The notes beneath the pieces were generated by a model. It did no database searches. It was not told the origin of the DNA and saw only the letters and a program-made list of their open reading frames with translations. Position numbers and translations under genes: made by a program. A stretch of DNA of 64,000 nt from positions 43,797 through 107,796 of the forward strand of contig NW_002060968.1 of NCBI RefSeq assembly GCF_000150275.1. Reading direction: 5' to 3'. Numbering within the stretch: the stretch's first letter is position 1; the number at the start of each line of letters is the position of its first letter. Source of the DNA: Trichoplax adhaerens (Eukaryota; Animalia; Placozoa). Shown here piece after piece: positions 1 through 12,754 of the stretch.

Positions 1-138
1 GAGAGTAATAACTGTTTTATATTAAATGTAAGTAAATTAGAAGGCAGTGTTACAATGTAAATAACTTATTGTACGTTCAGGTTCGAAATACGATTATCTT
101 ATGTAAGCTGCAAAGTGCATTGAAAACGTCTCCAGTTA
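1..138 (-). repeat. Inverted copy of 1560-1698 (and of 9433-9490 + 9681-9757); probably continues beyond the left window edge
   Basis: The reverse complement of 1-138 (taactggagacgttttcaatgcactttgcagcttacataagataatcgtatttcgaacctgaacgtacaataagttatttacattg...ttattactctc) aligns colinearly with 1560-1698 (taactgtagacattttcaatgcattttctagcttacataagataattgcacttcaaacctaaacgtacaataagttat...ttattactctc). Confidence 0.9.
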
Positions 139-2331
139 ATATCGACGCTAAGCCGCAATCTTTAGCATTTAAAATATTCGCAGGCAATGGCTTGTTCGTT
201 ACGTAAAATTTCTATAATTATAGGTTATACATCAAAAACGATATTTAGCACAAATTTATGCTAAATCGTAATAGTACTTTAATTCACGTGTAATGAATGT
301 TTTAAAGTGATTTTCTATTGTAATTTATAAGTTCGCAATCAATGCACATTAATATCTCAGTTTTTGTGTTTGTCTTCTGTTACAAATGTCTGTTTGCTTG
401 TAAATAGAACTTTTTTCAATCCATATTAAATTGTTTCAATTTTATTAATTCCTTCAAATATTTTAATCAACTAAATACGCATCCAATTTATTTTATGCGC
501 TTACGCTGTATTGTACAGTATAGTACAGTAACAGGCATATCTACGGGAAAGCCAGAATACAGATTGTAGCTGTGAATGCTGTGCTAACGCATTAAAGATC
601 AGTAATTACGCTCTACGGTTCGTAATATAGATAGCCAGATTATATAAATTGTGCTTATCTGTTTTATATAACAATAAATAGTAAAAGACTTCGAATTCAA
701 AGTGATAGCTACGATTTGATCACTCCTACACGACTGTAAATCCTGGTACTTACTATTTCGATAATGAGAAAATACGCTTATTTGAATTGGTATAGCGACT
801 ACATGTACAGTAAAGACTTTGAACTAGCTTATACTCAATGTTAAATATCAATCGCTGTTATGCTAATTCTTAAATACGATCCCCATAGGTCGGTACAGTC
901 AATGCAAATCGAATAAAATTAATAATTCTATTCGACAGATAATCTGATTTCCTAATCCTAACATTTATTATTTCTCTTGCCGCCCTAAAATAAATTTCTA
1001 ACATATAATAATAGTCTGTTATGATAGAATTCTTCAGTCGCTTTTTGACATTATCGCTTGCTGTTATGCCCATCACGGCTTGTAGTCCTTTTGTATCTTT
1101 GATAATTATAATCAATATTATCAAGTTTAGAAACGAATAAGAAGAAAGAAAACAATCTAAATACAATATGCAAATTTAGTCAATGGATCACATAATGTTA
1201 CTAAAATCTAGCCTACAGTTTTTAAGATCTCACCCTTTCGCTGGCTTGTAAAATCATGCCACTCCATGAAGATGATCAGTGAGCGAAGTAACGATCAGTT
1301 AGTATTTTAGAAGTAGACTGCTGCAATTATTCCTTTATGTCTATTTGGGAATCATGATAATAATAAATAGAGTAAATCTTGACTTCAAATGAGACACTGC
1401 TACAATTTCGACGAATCGTAGCTCTTTATTGCCGCACCTATAGAAACTGCTTGACTGTAGTATCATTGGTATGTTCTACGACCAAATAACAATTTTCAGC
1501 AGTTTATGAATCAATTTAGAAAGTAACTCGGAAATCAGACACGAAATAGGCTATAATAATAACTGTAGACATTTTCAATGCATTTTCTAGCTTACATAAG
1601 ATAATTGCACTTCAAACCTAAACGTACAATAAGTTATGCACATTGTGATACTGCCTTCTAATTTGCTTACTTTGAATATCAAACATTTATTACTCTCATA
1701 TTTATCTGATTTACCGTGGACTGCTACAATAAAATCTAAGTACTTTTAGATTTGATATCAATCTAATAATAAAAGCGAATCTATGCCAGTTTTACTCAGA
1801 ATTGAGACTCTTTTTATGTTGTTATCAACTTATTAGGTGATATATATTCTCATTCCATGCAAAAACTGTATTGCTGGCTATTTTAATAACGTATCTTTCA
1901 AAATATAATGCTTTAATGCTAATAAAATGTTTTTATAGCTTGCCATGACGCTATCATAAGTTTTATCAAGCTTTCATATTTAATAATAGCGAAGTTAGAT
2001 ATGAAAATCAGAATTAATAGTAATGTATCTTAATTCTACACAGCACCGATAGCAAACTATAGATTTCTCGTATATTTCAAAGCTGTAGTAGTAGCACTTG
2101 GCCCTGAAATGCTAGAAATTCGTAGTCTAGTAAGGCATAAGTACATTTTAAAATTATAAAATAATATAAATAGTTCTTCAAAACCGGCTTTACGAATTTG
2201 CTCGTTAGTAGATTGCCTATAGACTGTCATACAAAAACTTGTTCAGAGATGTGAATTACTAGAAGCTGCAATATGTCCTTTTCCAATTCAAGATCAAGCT
2301 TACTATAATTTTAACCTCTCATCTATTAAAT
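133..2331 (+). repeat. Segmental duplication, copy 1 (partner of ~8275-10900)
   Basis: Long colinear near-identical blocks, e.g. 'ctcagtttttgtgtttgtcttctgttacaaatgtctgtttgcttgtaaat' at ~356 and ~8655, and 'gtccttttccaattcaagatcaagcttactataattttaac' at ~2275 and ~10842. Copy 1 carries an extra ~870-1250 segment. Confidence 0.92.
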
Positions 2332-4264
2332 AGAAGTATAAAATCGTGTCTTTCATCTTATTATAGAAATTTCTGTAATAATTTAGCTTAATTTTGCTAA
2401 GATACACTAAGGTTGGTGACACTTTGAACCAAGATAGAGATTAGGGGAACAACACCAGTTTATTTAATATATTTTACTTTATAAATTAAAAAGCCATTTA
2501 AGTGAGTCTTGCAATAGGTATAACATTATACTGTCTGACACAATCCTTCCACTATCATCTGCACTAATTCGGATATTACTTGCAAGTCCTACGCTAAAAT
2601 CTTAAATCATCTTACAATACATTACTAAATAAAGAAATATTCTATGAAGGAGAATACTAAATATTAACCTTCATTACATTTCTAAAATGTCATACTGCAT
2701 CACAGCAAGAATTCAGACCTCTAGACCGCACCTCTGGTGCTTACATGCTTACTGAGTTGGAATTGGGCCTTTTTTTCAAATTATTATAACTCGTGCCATC
2801 GATAGTATTGTTCCGTATCATTATTATTGACTCGTATCGCTATTGAAGAGAATTCTATGAATAATCATCAATTCTCCAATTGAAATCAAGCCTAGCCAGG
2901 GTAAAGATAATTTGAAAATAATTTGTAAATTTGCATTAATTTAAGGCACATTGTGTTCATCCATCTACAAGAATCTATATTGTCTACTTAATAATTTATC
3001 ATTTGATTCAGTTATTCGTTGCTACTAAGCATTCTAAATTGTAATTGCAATTCAACCGATATATACAATTAACTTGATAACTGTCTACATCGGGATGAGA
3101 TCGATAGAAGACAGACACATATTAAGGATAGTAGTTGTACAAAATCTTCGATATTAGATATTGTTTATCAGAACTAAGATTTATTCATTATAAATATGAT
3201 CTAGTAAGCAGTAGTGATTAAATGTAGTCCTATTCGTGCATATCAATGACTCTTGAAGTACTATTGTTACATATGATAAATGAAAAAAATAATTGAACTC
3301 ATTTACTAATGTGGAATTTATCACGTCGTTTCACGATACTATTGATACCATAAATAGTATCCATGCTGGACAAGATGACTACATGCTGTGTCTATCACGG
3401 CAGGTAGCTATTTTCATAATGACTCTTGCCAAGTTTAAGAATGAATAAGAAGGGGGAAAAAAATCCGAATAAAATAAGTAAAGCTGAAGAAGAAACGATG
3501 CTACTCAAATGTAGCATATCCCACCCACGAGCAGCGCGGAGGTATTTATACTACAGTTAGATGACTCTGATTATGGGTTCATTTCAATAGGTCAGTATGA
3601 GATTCTTACAGTACCTGTTACCTCAAGATTTCTTCATGTAAAACGGATAGTTCTAAGGTAGTCATTTCTGCAGAGTACTGATTATTAAAATAGTATTCGT
3701 TATATCGCTAAGTGTGGCCACTGGGGCCTTTCAATTTCGATTTGATGTAATATTCTGATGAAAATTGAATAAACATAGAATCTTTATAGAGTTTTCTACA
3801 CAGCCATTTTGATTGTTCCATTTTCTTATAACGGTTGCTATCGACAGAACAAGCTTTGCTTGCATACTCAAGCGATCCTTAGACTCATTATCATGATTGG
3901 TATCGAATTGACTACAGTACAGTACTATAGACATTGTACCGCACTGTCGATATCTAAAGGTGCGTTCACACGATGAACTTTTTTACAGTACCTGCTAATC
4001 TTAACCGTCCATTAGTTATCATCATGTGCTTTGGACCATTAACTAATCTTAATATAGCATTTCATCCGTGAATGCATTATTAAAAAGTAGTATTCTACAA
4101 GCATAGCTGTGAATATAGTAGTGCCTGGCTATTACCGGGATATAAATAATGTCGAATGGTAATACTATCTGTTAATTATGAACAAATAAGTACATTATCG
4201 TAAACCGTCAGCAAAGCGACGTGAATTTGTACTAGTCGCTATTAAAATTCTTCGCCTCTTGACG

Positions 4265-4492
4265 AAATGTACTGTATGCTGTACACTACAGTACTTCAGC
4301 TTTGTGATTGCAAACATTTCCTCCCTAGCTACAGTATCAAGTACTGTGGATTTTCAGCAAGCTCTGTACTGTACTGTACAGTACAGAGGGTGTCTCATAA
4401 CTGTACTGTACAGTGTACAGTACAGTACACCTGTACTGTACAGTGTACAGTACAGTACACCTGTACTGTACAAGTGTACATTGTACAGTACA
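4265..4492. repeat. Low-complexity palindromic ACTGT/ACAGT repeat containing ~30-nt tandem units (ctgtactgtacagtgtacagtacagtacac)
   Basis: Directly visible tandem units at ~4401-4490. They generate the spurious VQYTCT/LYSVQY ORFs on both strands. Confidence 0.85.
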
Positions 4493-4493
4493 C

Positions 4494-4501
4494 CCGGAAG
4501 T
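4494..4501 (+). promoter_or_regulatory. ETS/GABP-type motif CCGGAAGT upstream of the FUT8-like start
   Basis: Exact CCGGAAGT about 120 nt before ATG 4621 in a CpG-poor background. The same motif recurs at the myotubularin promoter. Function is inferred. Confidence 0.45.
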
Positions 4502-4620
4502 TGATTCGTTAAAATAGCCAATAGAACGCATTTTCGAATTAATTATTCAAGAAAGCATTATTTTAGCTAATAAAAGATAATTTTCTGTTTTTGGCTAACT
4601 ATATCCTTTAACAGTCCACC

Positions 4621-7600
4621 ATGTTTGGCATGCAGAAAAAACGGTACTTGTATATCTGCTTGCTTGTGTTAGCCATAGGGACGCACTTACTCATTTTCTA
4701 TCGTGACCACATCTTTTCTTCTTACTTTCAACCTCGGCAAGTTGGCACAGTGAAGACATACACCATCAAACCTGTCGATGGCGGTAAGCAATACTATTAT
4801 TTCCATTCATCCATGGAGTTAGAAACTGTAGAGAAGTGCCGTGAAGTCGTATTAACCATCCTACCAAAGATGGAGCAAAATTGCAGAAATGAACGAGTAC
4901 ATTATGATTCGATCAACTACTGTAGTATCCTGGGCATAGATTGAAAGCCATCGACGTTGCTAATAACTGTTACCATGTGCAACTTTGTCTTGAATGACAG
5001 GAGTTTCCGAGCATACTTGAACTTGAGGTAATTTTGTAGTCCATGTGCTTATACGATCCCGGAAATAACATAAATTGAACCGATCATGAATTGCTCGTAT
5101 GTGCGTACATTGTCCTCATATAACGATCAGTAGTACTATCAGTGACGCTAGAACTATACCAGTGTATTCGGTGGTTGGAACTGAACTATTGGGTGATATA
5201 GCTCATTTCGTCTCTTTCAATCTGAAAGAGACGTTCTTCGTTAGCGTTTGAATGCAATTAATTACAGTTGATACCAAGCTATGAGCGATATCCCACTATC
5301 GTACTTATTAGTAATCCCTATCCTAATTCTACGATGACAACACGCAGTTATACCACGCTCACATTGATGGACTAGCTAAGACTCCAAAGTTATTCTCAAT
5401 TATTCTTATGCTGGATCTGTTGCTTATCAAGCCTCGATTAGGGTAAGAAGGATGAACCCCAATGATGAGGACTTCCAAGTGTGACAAAGGCTTGCTGTCG
5501 ATTCTACAATACACCCAACGGTATCATCCGCTGTCGAGTGTAGAAATAGTGCAGAGCCTACAATATGACTCCAAAATGGCTATGGTAGGATCATATAGAA
5601 GAATTACGAACGTTACGACTTCCAAATGTTGGCAAGGCTTACTGTAGATTCTGCAGATACCCTACTGGTAGAATCCGCCGTCGAAAGTAGAAAAGCCGCC
5701 GGTTGTTAAGGGAGGAAGGGTTGGGGATACTAGTCCATACAGTATGACAGAGAATAGCGATGTTAGGACCATAAGGAAGAACCACTGTGGTTAGGACTTC
5801 CAAGTGCTGTACAGTATTAGGAAAGGGTTCAATCGTACCCTTTGTTTTGCTGGGGTAAATTGATCCCCTATCGTTAATAATTTAATTCAGTATAGGCGCT
5901 ACCTGTTTGCCAACATCATTACGATAACACAATGACAACGTTGTAAACCAAAGCGTCTACTCAGTTATATTAAAATTTTTTATATCTATTCTTAGTAACC
6001 TAACTATATCAAATATAGCTATATAATCCTTATAATCATATATGGGGTGAATCACTACACCGCCATCATTGCAATAACTGAATGAAAACGTTGTAAATCA
6101 AAGTGTTTACTCAGTCATATCAAACTTCTTCTATATCTATGCCTCATTGATGGAGCCTCAAGAGCATATATTGTTAGATTGAATTTGTTGTTATGCAATA
6201 ACCTGTACTATAACTCAATAGCTGTATGGTATATACGGATGGTATAGTTTCTTTATAAGGCTAGATGCTTATGATCATTGCAATTTCAATGAGAAATTCA
6301 ACCAGAAATAGAGATAAACGACTACTACAGCTTTAGGAACTATTGAAGAAAATAGTGTAGCTTTACATAGCTGAAGTAAGAAATAAACTAGCTAAGTACC
6401 TTTACCATAACTAAAACATTTTAATTCGATTCTTTAGTGAATCCAACACCAACATTAAGAAGTCAACTGCCTTATTCTAAAGCAAAGTTAACCGAAAAGT
6501 CAACATCTACATCTATCCTAGCACATTCTACATTGAAATCAACATCGACATTAAAACCTGCTTCGAGATCCATTCCAAATACGTTGGAGCCGGATATATC
6601 AAAATCAATATTAAATGAAAATAACAATAATTCAACTCCAACATTAAAAAGTCAACTGCTTCATTCTGAAGCAACGGCGACCGAAAACCTAAAACCGAAT
6701 TCAAGATTCACTCCAGTTACATCGAAGCTGGATGTTTCGAAAACAATGGTCAACATATCAAATAATGTCAAATTAAATCAAACATCAAGTAAAATATATG
6801 TAAGAAAGTTATAGCCATACTTTAATCTTGAAAATTACGAATTAGTTGATATCCCCTCGTGGTGATTTGATTTATTAACTAAGTTCCATTACTATTGTTA
6901 CAGCAAAGAAAATGCCAAGATTTAACTGAAATTGTGCTAAATCGTCTCGATTATCTGCAGAATCCAGCTAATTGCTCCACAGCTAAAAAACTGATTTGTG
7001 ATGTTTGGGGCGCAGGCATGGGTTCAGTGGTTCATCACTGGGTCTGCTGCTTAATCTATGCATATTATACTAATCGTACGATGTTTATTGACCTAAGACA
7101 GTGGCCTTATTTGCAAGGCGTTACATCGAAGGATGGTGTAAAACAATTTGAAGACTTATTTCAAAGTATTTCCAAATGCAAGCTTACCGATTATGATAAC
7201 AAAACAGCAGTAACATGGCCGAAATCGAAAAGCCAAATAACTTATAACCATAATATATCTGTTATTCGAATACTGCCGATAGGAATAGTATTACGAGATA
7301 AATTAAAATTACCCAAAATTTTTCATTTTGCATTGCCTACAAAACTCTTTTATAGGACGATCGACTTTAAATATCAGCCAATAGCTTGGTGGATTGGTCT
7401 ATTAGCCAAACATATTATACGACCAAACCATAATTTACAACAATTTATTGATCAATCGAGAAAGAAATTCAAATTTCAATCACCTATAGTTGGTCTACAT
7501 ATCAGGCGTACGGACAAAAGAACTGAAGCCAAACTCTTTAATATTGATCAGTATATGGTAAAAGTGAAGGCATTCTTTAATCGGTTAGCTAAGCAAAGTA

Positions 7601-8250
7601 TCCAAATCGAAAAGCGGGTATTTGTAATTACCGATGAACCATGGCTTATTAATCAATTAATTAAAAAGTATCCCGATTATCATTATGTTCATCCTCCAAT
7701 AAAACAATTAACGGCTGGTACATTTACTTCAAGATACTCGGCAATCCACTTAAAATATTTTATTCGAGATTTATTTCTCTTAGCTGAATGCGATTACTTG
7801 GTAGTCACTATGTCATCTAATGTTGGTAGACTAGCATACGAATTACATGAAGTTATTTATAGCCAAACAAAAAGCAAGCATTATACCTCTCTCGACGATG
7901 ATTATTTCATACAGGGACTGTATAGGAACCTTCAAGCCCCCCAAATTATGCGAGCTAATCAAGATTGTCGTAGTAATATATCGAATGGAATTAGTATCGT
8001 TAAAGGCGATCTATTAGATTCCTGTATATCTTCTAACCATTCGAAAACCATGTACTATGGCTATTCTAAACGTTTAAAAAAATCAGGATATTTCCTTCGA
8101 TCTTGTGTAACTTACTTAGTCGATAACGAGGTGTATCCAGATTATAGTGAAGTAGATAAAACACTACATAGGGATGAAACAGATAGATATCAAGCAAATA
8201 GTGAGGATAATACTTGTACAAAATCTTCGATAATAGATAGAATTTATTAA
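4621..8250 (+). CDS. FUT8-like alpha-(1,6)-fucosyltransferase (GT23), type II membrane protein; join(4621..4783,6438..6799,6904..8250)
   Basis: Exon 1 has a short basic tail plus TM helix (KKRYLYICLLVLAIGTHLLIFY), donor gtaagc, phase 1. Exon 2 is a Ser/Thr-rich stem, phase 1 to 0. Exon 3 has the FUT8 hallmarks RLDYLQNPANCSTAKKLIC, PIVGLHIRRTDK, LAECDYLVVTMSSNVGRLAYEL and SLDDDY, plus a degenerate C-terminal SH3-like region. All splice phases agree. Confidence 0.9.
5469..6145 (+). repeat. Two small diverged direct duplications in FUT8-like intron 1 (~5470-5550 / ~5617-5695 and ~5912-5990 / ~6064-6140)
   Basis: 'gacttccaa.tgt..caaggctt.ctgt.gattct.ca' recurs about 147 nt apart. 'aacgttgtaaa.caaag.gt.tactcagt.atat' recurs about 150 nt apart. 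Confidence 0.7.
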
Positions 8251-8274
8251 TTATAAATAAGATAAATACTGTAT

Positions 8275-10900
8275 CAGTTAGTATCGACAGCACAATATTA
8301 GATAACAACGTTCAAAAATACTGAACTGAGCTGCAATCTTTAGCATTTATTTAACTGGAATACGGGGTTTAAGAAAGTATCTTACCACAGTATGTGTTTT
8401 TCACAGTAGTAAAATACCATGTAAGTGAATCACGTTGATAATTTTTAGAAACGTTCATTCATGTTTGACTTAATTTATTCGCAGGCAATAGTTTTTTACG
8501 TAAAATTTCTATAATTATAGGTTATACATCAAATAAGGAATATGTAGTACAAAATTATGCTATATCGTAATAGTACTTTAATTCATGTGTTATAAATGTT
8601 TTAATTCGATTTTTTATTATAACTTATATGTTCGCAATCGCTGCACTTTAATACCTCAGTTTTTGTGTTTGTCTTCTGTTACAAATGTCTGTTTGCTTGT
8701 AAATAAAACTTTTTTCAATCCATATTAAATTGCTTCAATTTTATTAATTCCTTCAAGTATTTCAATCAACTAAATACGTATCTAATTTATTTTATACGCT
8801 TATACTGTACTGTACTGTATAGTACAGTAGAAGACATATCTAAGGGAAAGCCAAAATACAGATTGTAGCTGTGAATGCTGTGCTAACGCATTAAAGATCA
8901 GTGATTACGCTCTACGGTTCGCAATATAGATTGCCAGATTATATAAATTGCGCTTATCTGTTTTATATAACGATAAATAGTAAAAGACTTCGAACTCAAA
9001 GTGATAGCTACGATTTGATAACTCTTGCACAACTGTAAGTATCGTTACCGCTAACAGTAGTAAAGACTTTGAATTAGCTTATACTTGATATCAACTATCA
9101 ATCGCTGCTACGTAAATTATAAAATTATGCTACACCATGAAGATGATCAGTGAGCGAAGTAAAGATCAATTAGTATTCTAGAAGTAGACAGCTGCAATTA
9201 TTCTCATGTGTCTATTTGGGAATCATCATGATAATAATAAAAAGAGTAAATCTTGACATCAAATGAGACACTGCTACAATTTCGACGAATCGTTGCTTTA
9301 TATTTTCACTCCTACAGAAGCTGTTTGACTTTAATATCATTGGTATGTTCTACGATTAAATAATAATTTTTAGCAGTTTATGAATCAATCTAGAAAGTAA
9401 CTCGGAAATCAAACACGAAATAAACTACAATAATAACTATAGACATTTTCAATGCATTTTCCAGCTTACAGAAGATAATTGTATTTCAAAGCATTGCCCT
9501 CAATTGCAAAAATATTAATATGCTTCAGTTACTGTATATCTATTTTTAGTTACTCTAATGAATATCTTTATGGCTAGTGATCCTTTCTATATCAATTAGG
9601 ATTAGGTTATGCTAAAAGTAAGCAGATGTTTGTAAAAAATTACTACAATTAATAGCATTGACGTCAATCGCAACCTACAGTAAACGTATAATAAGTTATT
9701 TACATTGTGATACTGCTTTCTGATTTACTTACATTTAATATGAAACATTATTATTCTAATATTTATCTAATGGACCGTGGACTACTAACTAAAACCTATG
9801 CACTTTCAGATTTGATATAAATCTAATAATAGAAGCGAACCTACGCCAGTTTTACTCGGAATTAAGACTCCTTATGTGCTGTTACCAGTTTATTAGGTGA
9901 TAGTAGTGAAGCAGATAGATAAGCTATTCTCGTCAACATCTTATGTAGAAGTGAATTAGATATAACTTAAAAATAAGACCAAAATCTAGGGTTCTTAACA
10001 ATAATAGATATATATAAGTAACGTTTTTGTGATGATTCAAGTATGTTGATTTGATCTTCTTAGAATTTGATAGTAATCATATAATTTTATTCTCATACTA
10101 AGTTCTGTAAGTGTTGAATTACGTTTTTCGCAATTATCATGTTGTAAACAAGTTAGATAGCATATTTAAGCTGCTACACTTTTCTGTCATTAATGTTCTT
10201 AGTCCTTCTTTTCTAAGATCGGCTGTCGTAGGAAGCTTTCTTTGTCTGTCAGAGCTTGTTGCACTATTATGTACGTAGTACCTCAATCGATAGAGAACTA
10301 GTAATAAAATCTGCTATTCTAAAATTACTTGTATGAACTACACTTTGACTACAGTTAGTAGAACAGGTTTTGTTACAGTGATGAAAAATTCTAATTTTGC
10401 TCATTACATTCTCATTCCATGCAAAAACTGTATTACTGGCTATTTTAATATAGTATCTTTTCAAAATTTTACGTTTAAATGCTAATAAAATGAATGTTTT
10501 TATAGCTTGTCTTAACTCTATCATGAGTTTTATTAAGTTTTTAGGTTTAATAATAGCGAAGTTAGATATGAGGATCAGAAGTAATAGTAATGTATCTTAA
10601 TTCTACACAGCACCGATAGCAAACTGTAAATTTCTTGTATATTTCAAAGCTGTAGTAGTGACATTTGGCTCTGAAATGCTAAAAGTTCGTAGGCTAGTAA
10701 GCCATAAATACATTTTAAAATTGTAAAATAATATAAGTATTTCTTCAAAGCCGGCTTTACGAATTTACTCGTTAGTAGATTGCCTATAGATTGTAATACA
10801 AAAGCTTGTTCAGAGATGCAAATTACTAGAAGCTACAATGTGTCCTTTTCCAATTCAAGATCAAGCTTACTATAATTTTAACTTCTTATTAATTAAACAG
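8275..10900 (+). repeat. Segmental duplication, copy 2 (partner of 133-2331), with extra segments at ~9491-9680 and ~9902-10405
   Basis: Colinear alignment by eye with copy 1. Similarity starts about 25 nt after the FUT8-like stop codon. Confidence 0.92.
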
Positions 10901-12754
10901 AAAGTAAACATAATTACTACTCTACAGCCATTACATAACTTACTTTGATATAGTGTCTTCTCAAACAGACAAAGAACTATAGTTTCTTGTAAACTTTACT
11001 ATATTACATAAGATTAGCTTCGTCTCAGAACTGCCAAGGACTAGCTAACTGCAATCAGACTATCTCTGGACTGTATCATTACAGCGAAAGCTCACGGTTT
11101 ATATATCCTTTGTACCGTAAACATCTTCCACAATTAGACACTTACGCAGTTTAACAACCTAGCGTACAATCTTTAATCGCAATCTAAGCTATATTTGGGG
11201 CTGCACTACACTTGCACATATCATTTTCGGTATGACTAGTGCAAACTCCCGTCGCTTTGCTAACGATTTACGATAATGTGCTCATTTAACAGAGAGTATT
11301 ATCATTTGATAGACCTGTCAGAGGTTCAGTAACTTTATACCGTGTACTAATTTAATATAAGGTCACAGAAAATTGTCTTGGCATCATTGCTCTAGACAAT
11401 CTATGTTAATAGCAAGCAAATGCCCATTTAAAGTAGTACCAATAAAAGTTTTATCTAGCAATTCATTATTGAAGACTACTGTATCGGCCATTATATCTGA
11501 AACCTTAATAAATAATGCTTTGTGCGTTAAAAACTGTATTAAAACATTTTGTTAGCAAACGGCTGTATAATTAGTCGCAAATGAAGAAAAATAGACAAGA
11601 GTCAATTTCATATCTTTTTATCGTTTACAGTTTCATGAATGAGTTTTTAATATCTTATCAACGATTCTATGTAGAATAATACTTTTTTTATATTATTATT
11701 ATACTTTCAAAGCACATTATTGCAGTACTTAGCTGCAATCACTGCACCTAATTTTTATCTAGGGTATATCTAGAATGGATTACTGGAATTACCGCCATCT
11801 TTACTATTTTTATGAGCGCAATAATCATTGGTGTCTTGTCTATGCTAATTATACTCGCAAAACAATAGGGCAACAAGTACTACTCAATAACGTTTGTGAA
11901 TATGTAAGTTTGCAGATGCAATCATCAACAGATTACTAATGACAATTTGCCGTCATAGTAAATTTTAATGACAAAAATTAATTCCAGACTCAAGAATGGG
12001 TAAAATAGATATCGTGTAAAAATAGGCAAAAGTCGTTACGATACGACGGACATCGCTTTATTTATTACAGACAATTTTTTTTTTCTGATTTACTTATCCT
12101 CTAGCAGTGATACTGTGATTGAATATGGACGTGTATACCATCATTGAAATTATAGAATGACTATGTCGTAAAATCATAATAACTCAGTCAAATTGAAAGT
12201 TTTTAAGCCATACTTCATTAATTAAGGTAGCTGTAAGATCGTATACTATTACGTTGAATTAATATAATATTCCCTTAGTATGTAATTACCTGTACATTAT
12301 TCAATCTATGTTTAGAATTAGTCAGTTTTTGATCAAATTCAATACGTAATACTTTGAACTGATTTAACCATCCTTACAAAATTCAAACAATAACGCTACC
12401 GAGTTTATTCAAAACTTCATTTTCTACTCAGGCAATGTTAAAATTATAAGACGCGACAATTTGTTCCTAGTTCTATCGATTCTCCAGTCTGTAAGCAGTT
12501 TATAGTCCATATAAATCTAAGCTATGCCAGCGAATGGATGGTAGACTAGCGAACTCCGCAACGGTAAAATTCATCGTGTTGAATATGGTATCAATAAGAT
12601 GAAGTTGTTAATCGCATGGAGTGTTTCATTCCATGTACAAATTGGAAACATTAGAATCAATAAAAGTACGATACTATTTAAGGTTGCAATTGAAATCTCC
12701 ACGTCTTTCCATTTAAAGAAATGATGGAATTACATCTCCTGCAGCTCCTTACAT

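Noticed and set aside
1-1698. A 1.7-kb transposon with terminal inverted repeats
   Set aside because: The right-hand repeat is an internal part of the larger duplicated segment, the left copy is cut by the window edge, and I see no target-site duplication or transposase. Treated as an inverted duplication instead.
870-3560. Degenerate membrane protein or GPCR fragments on the minus strand (870-1166 ORF, ~3385-3550)
   Set aside because: Only short hydrophobic stretches and a weak local similarity between ~1120-1170 and ~3430-3480. No diagnostic motif.
4259-4531. Cys/Tyr/Val-rich ORFs on both strands
   Set aside because: Translation artefacts of the palindromic ACTGT/ACAGT repeat.
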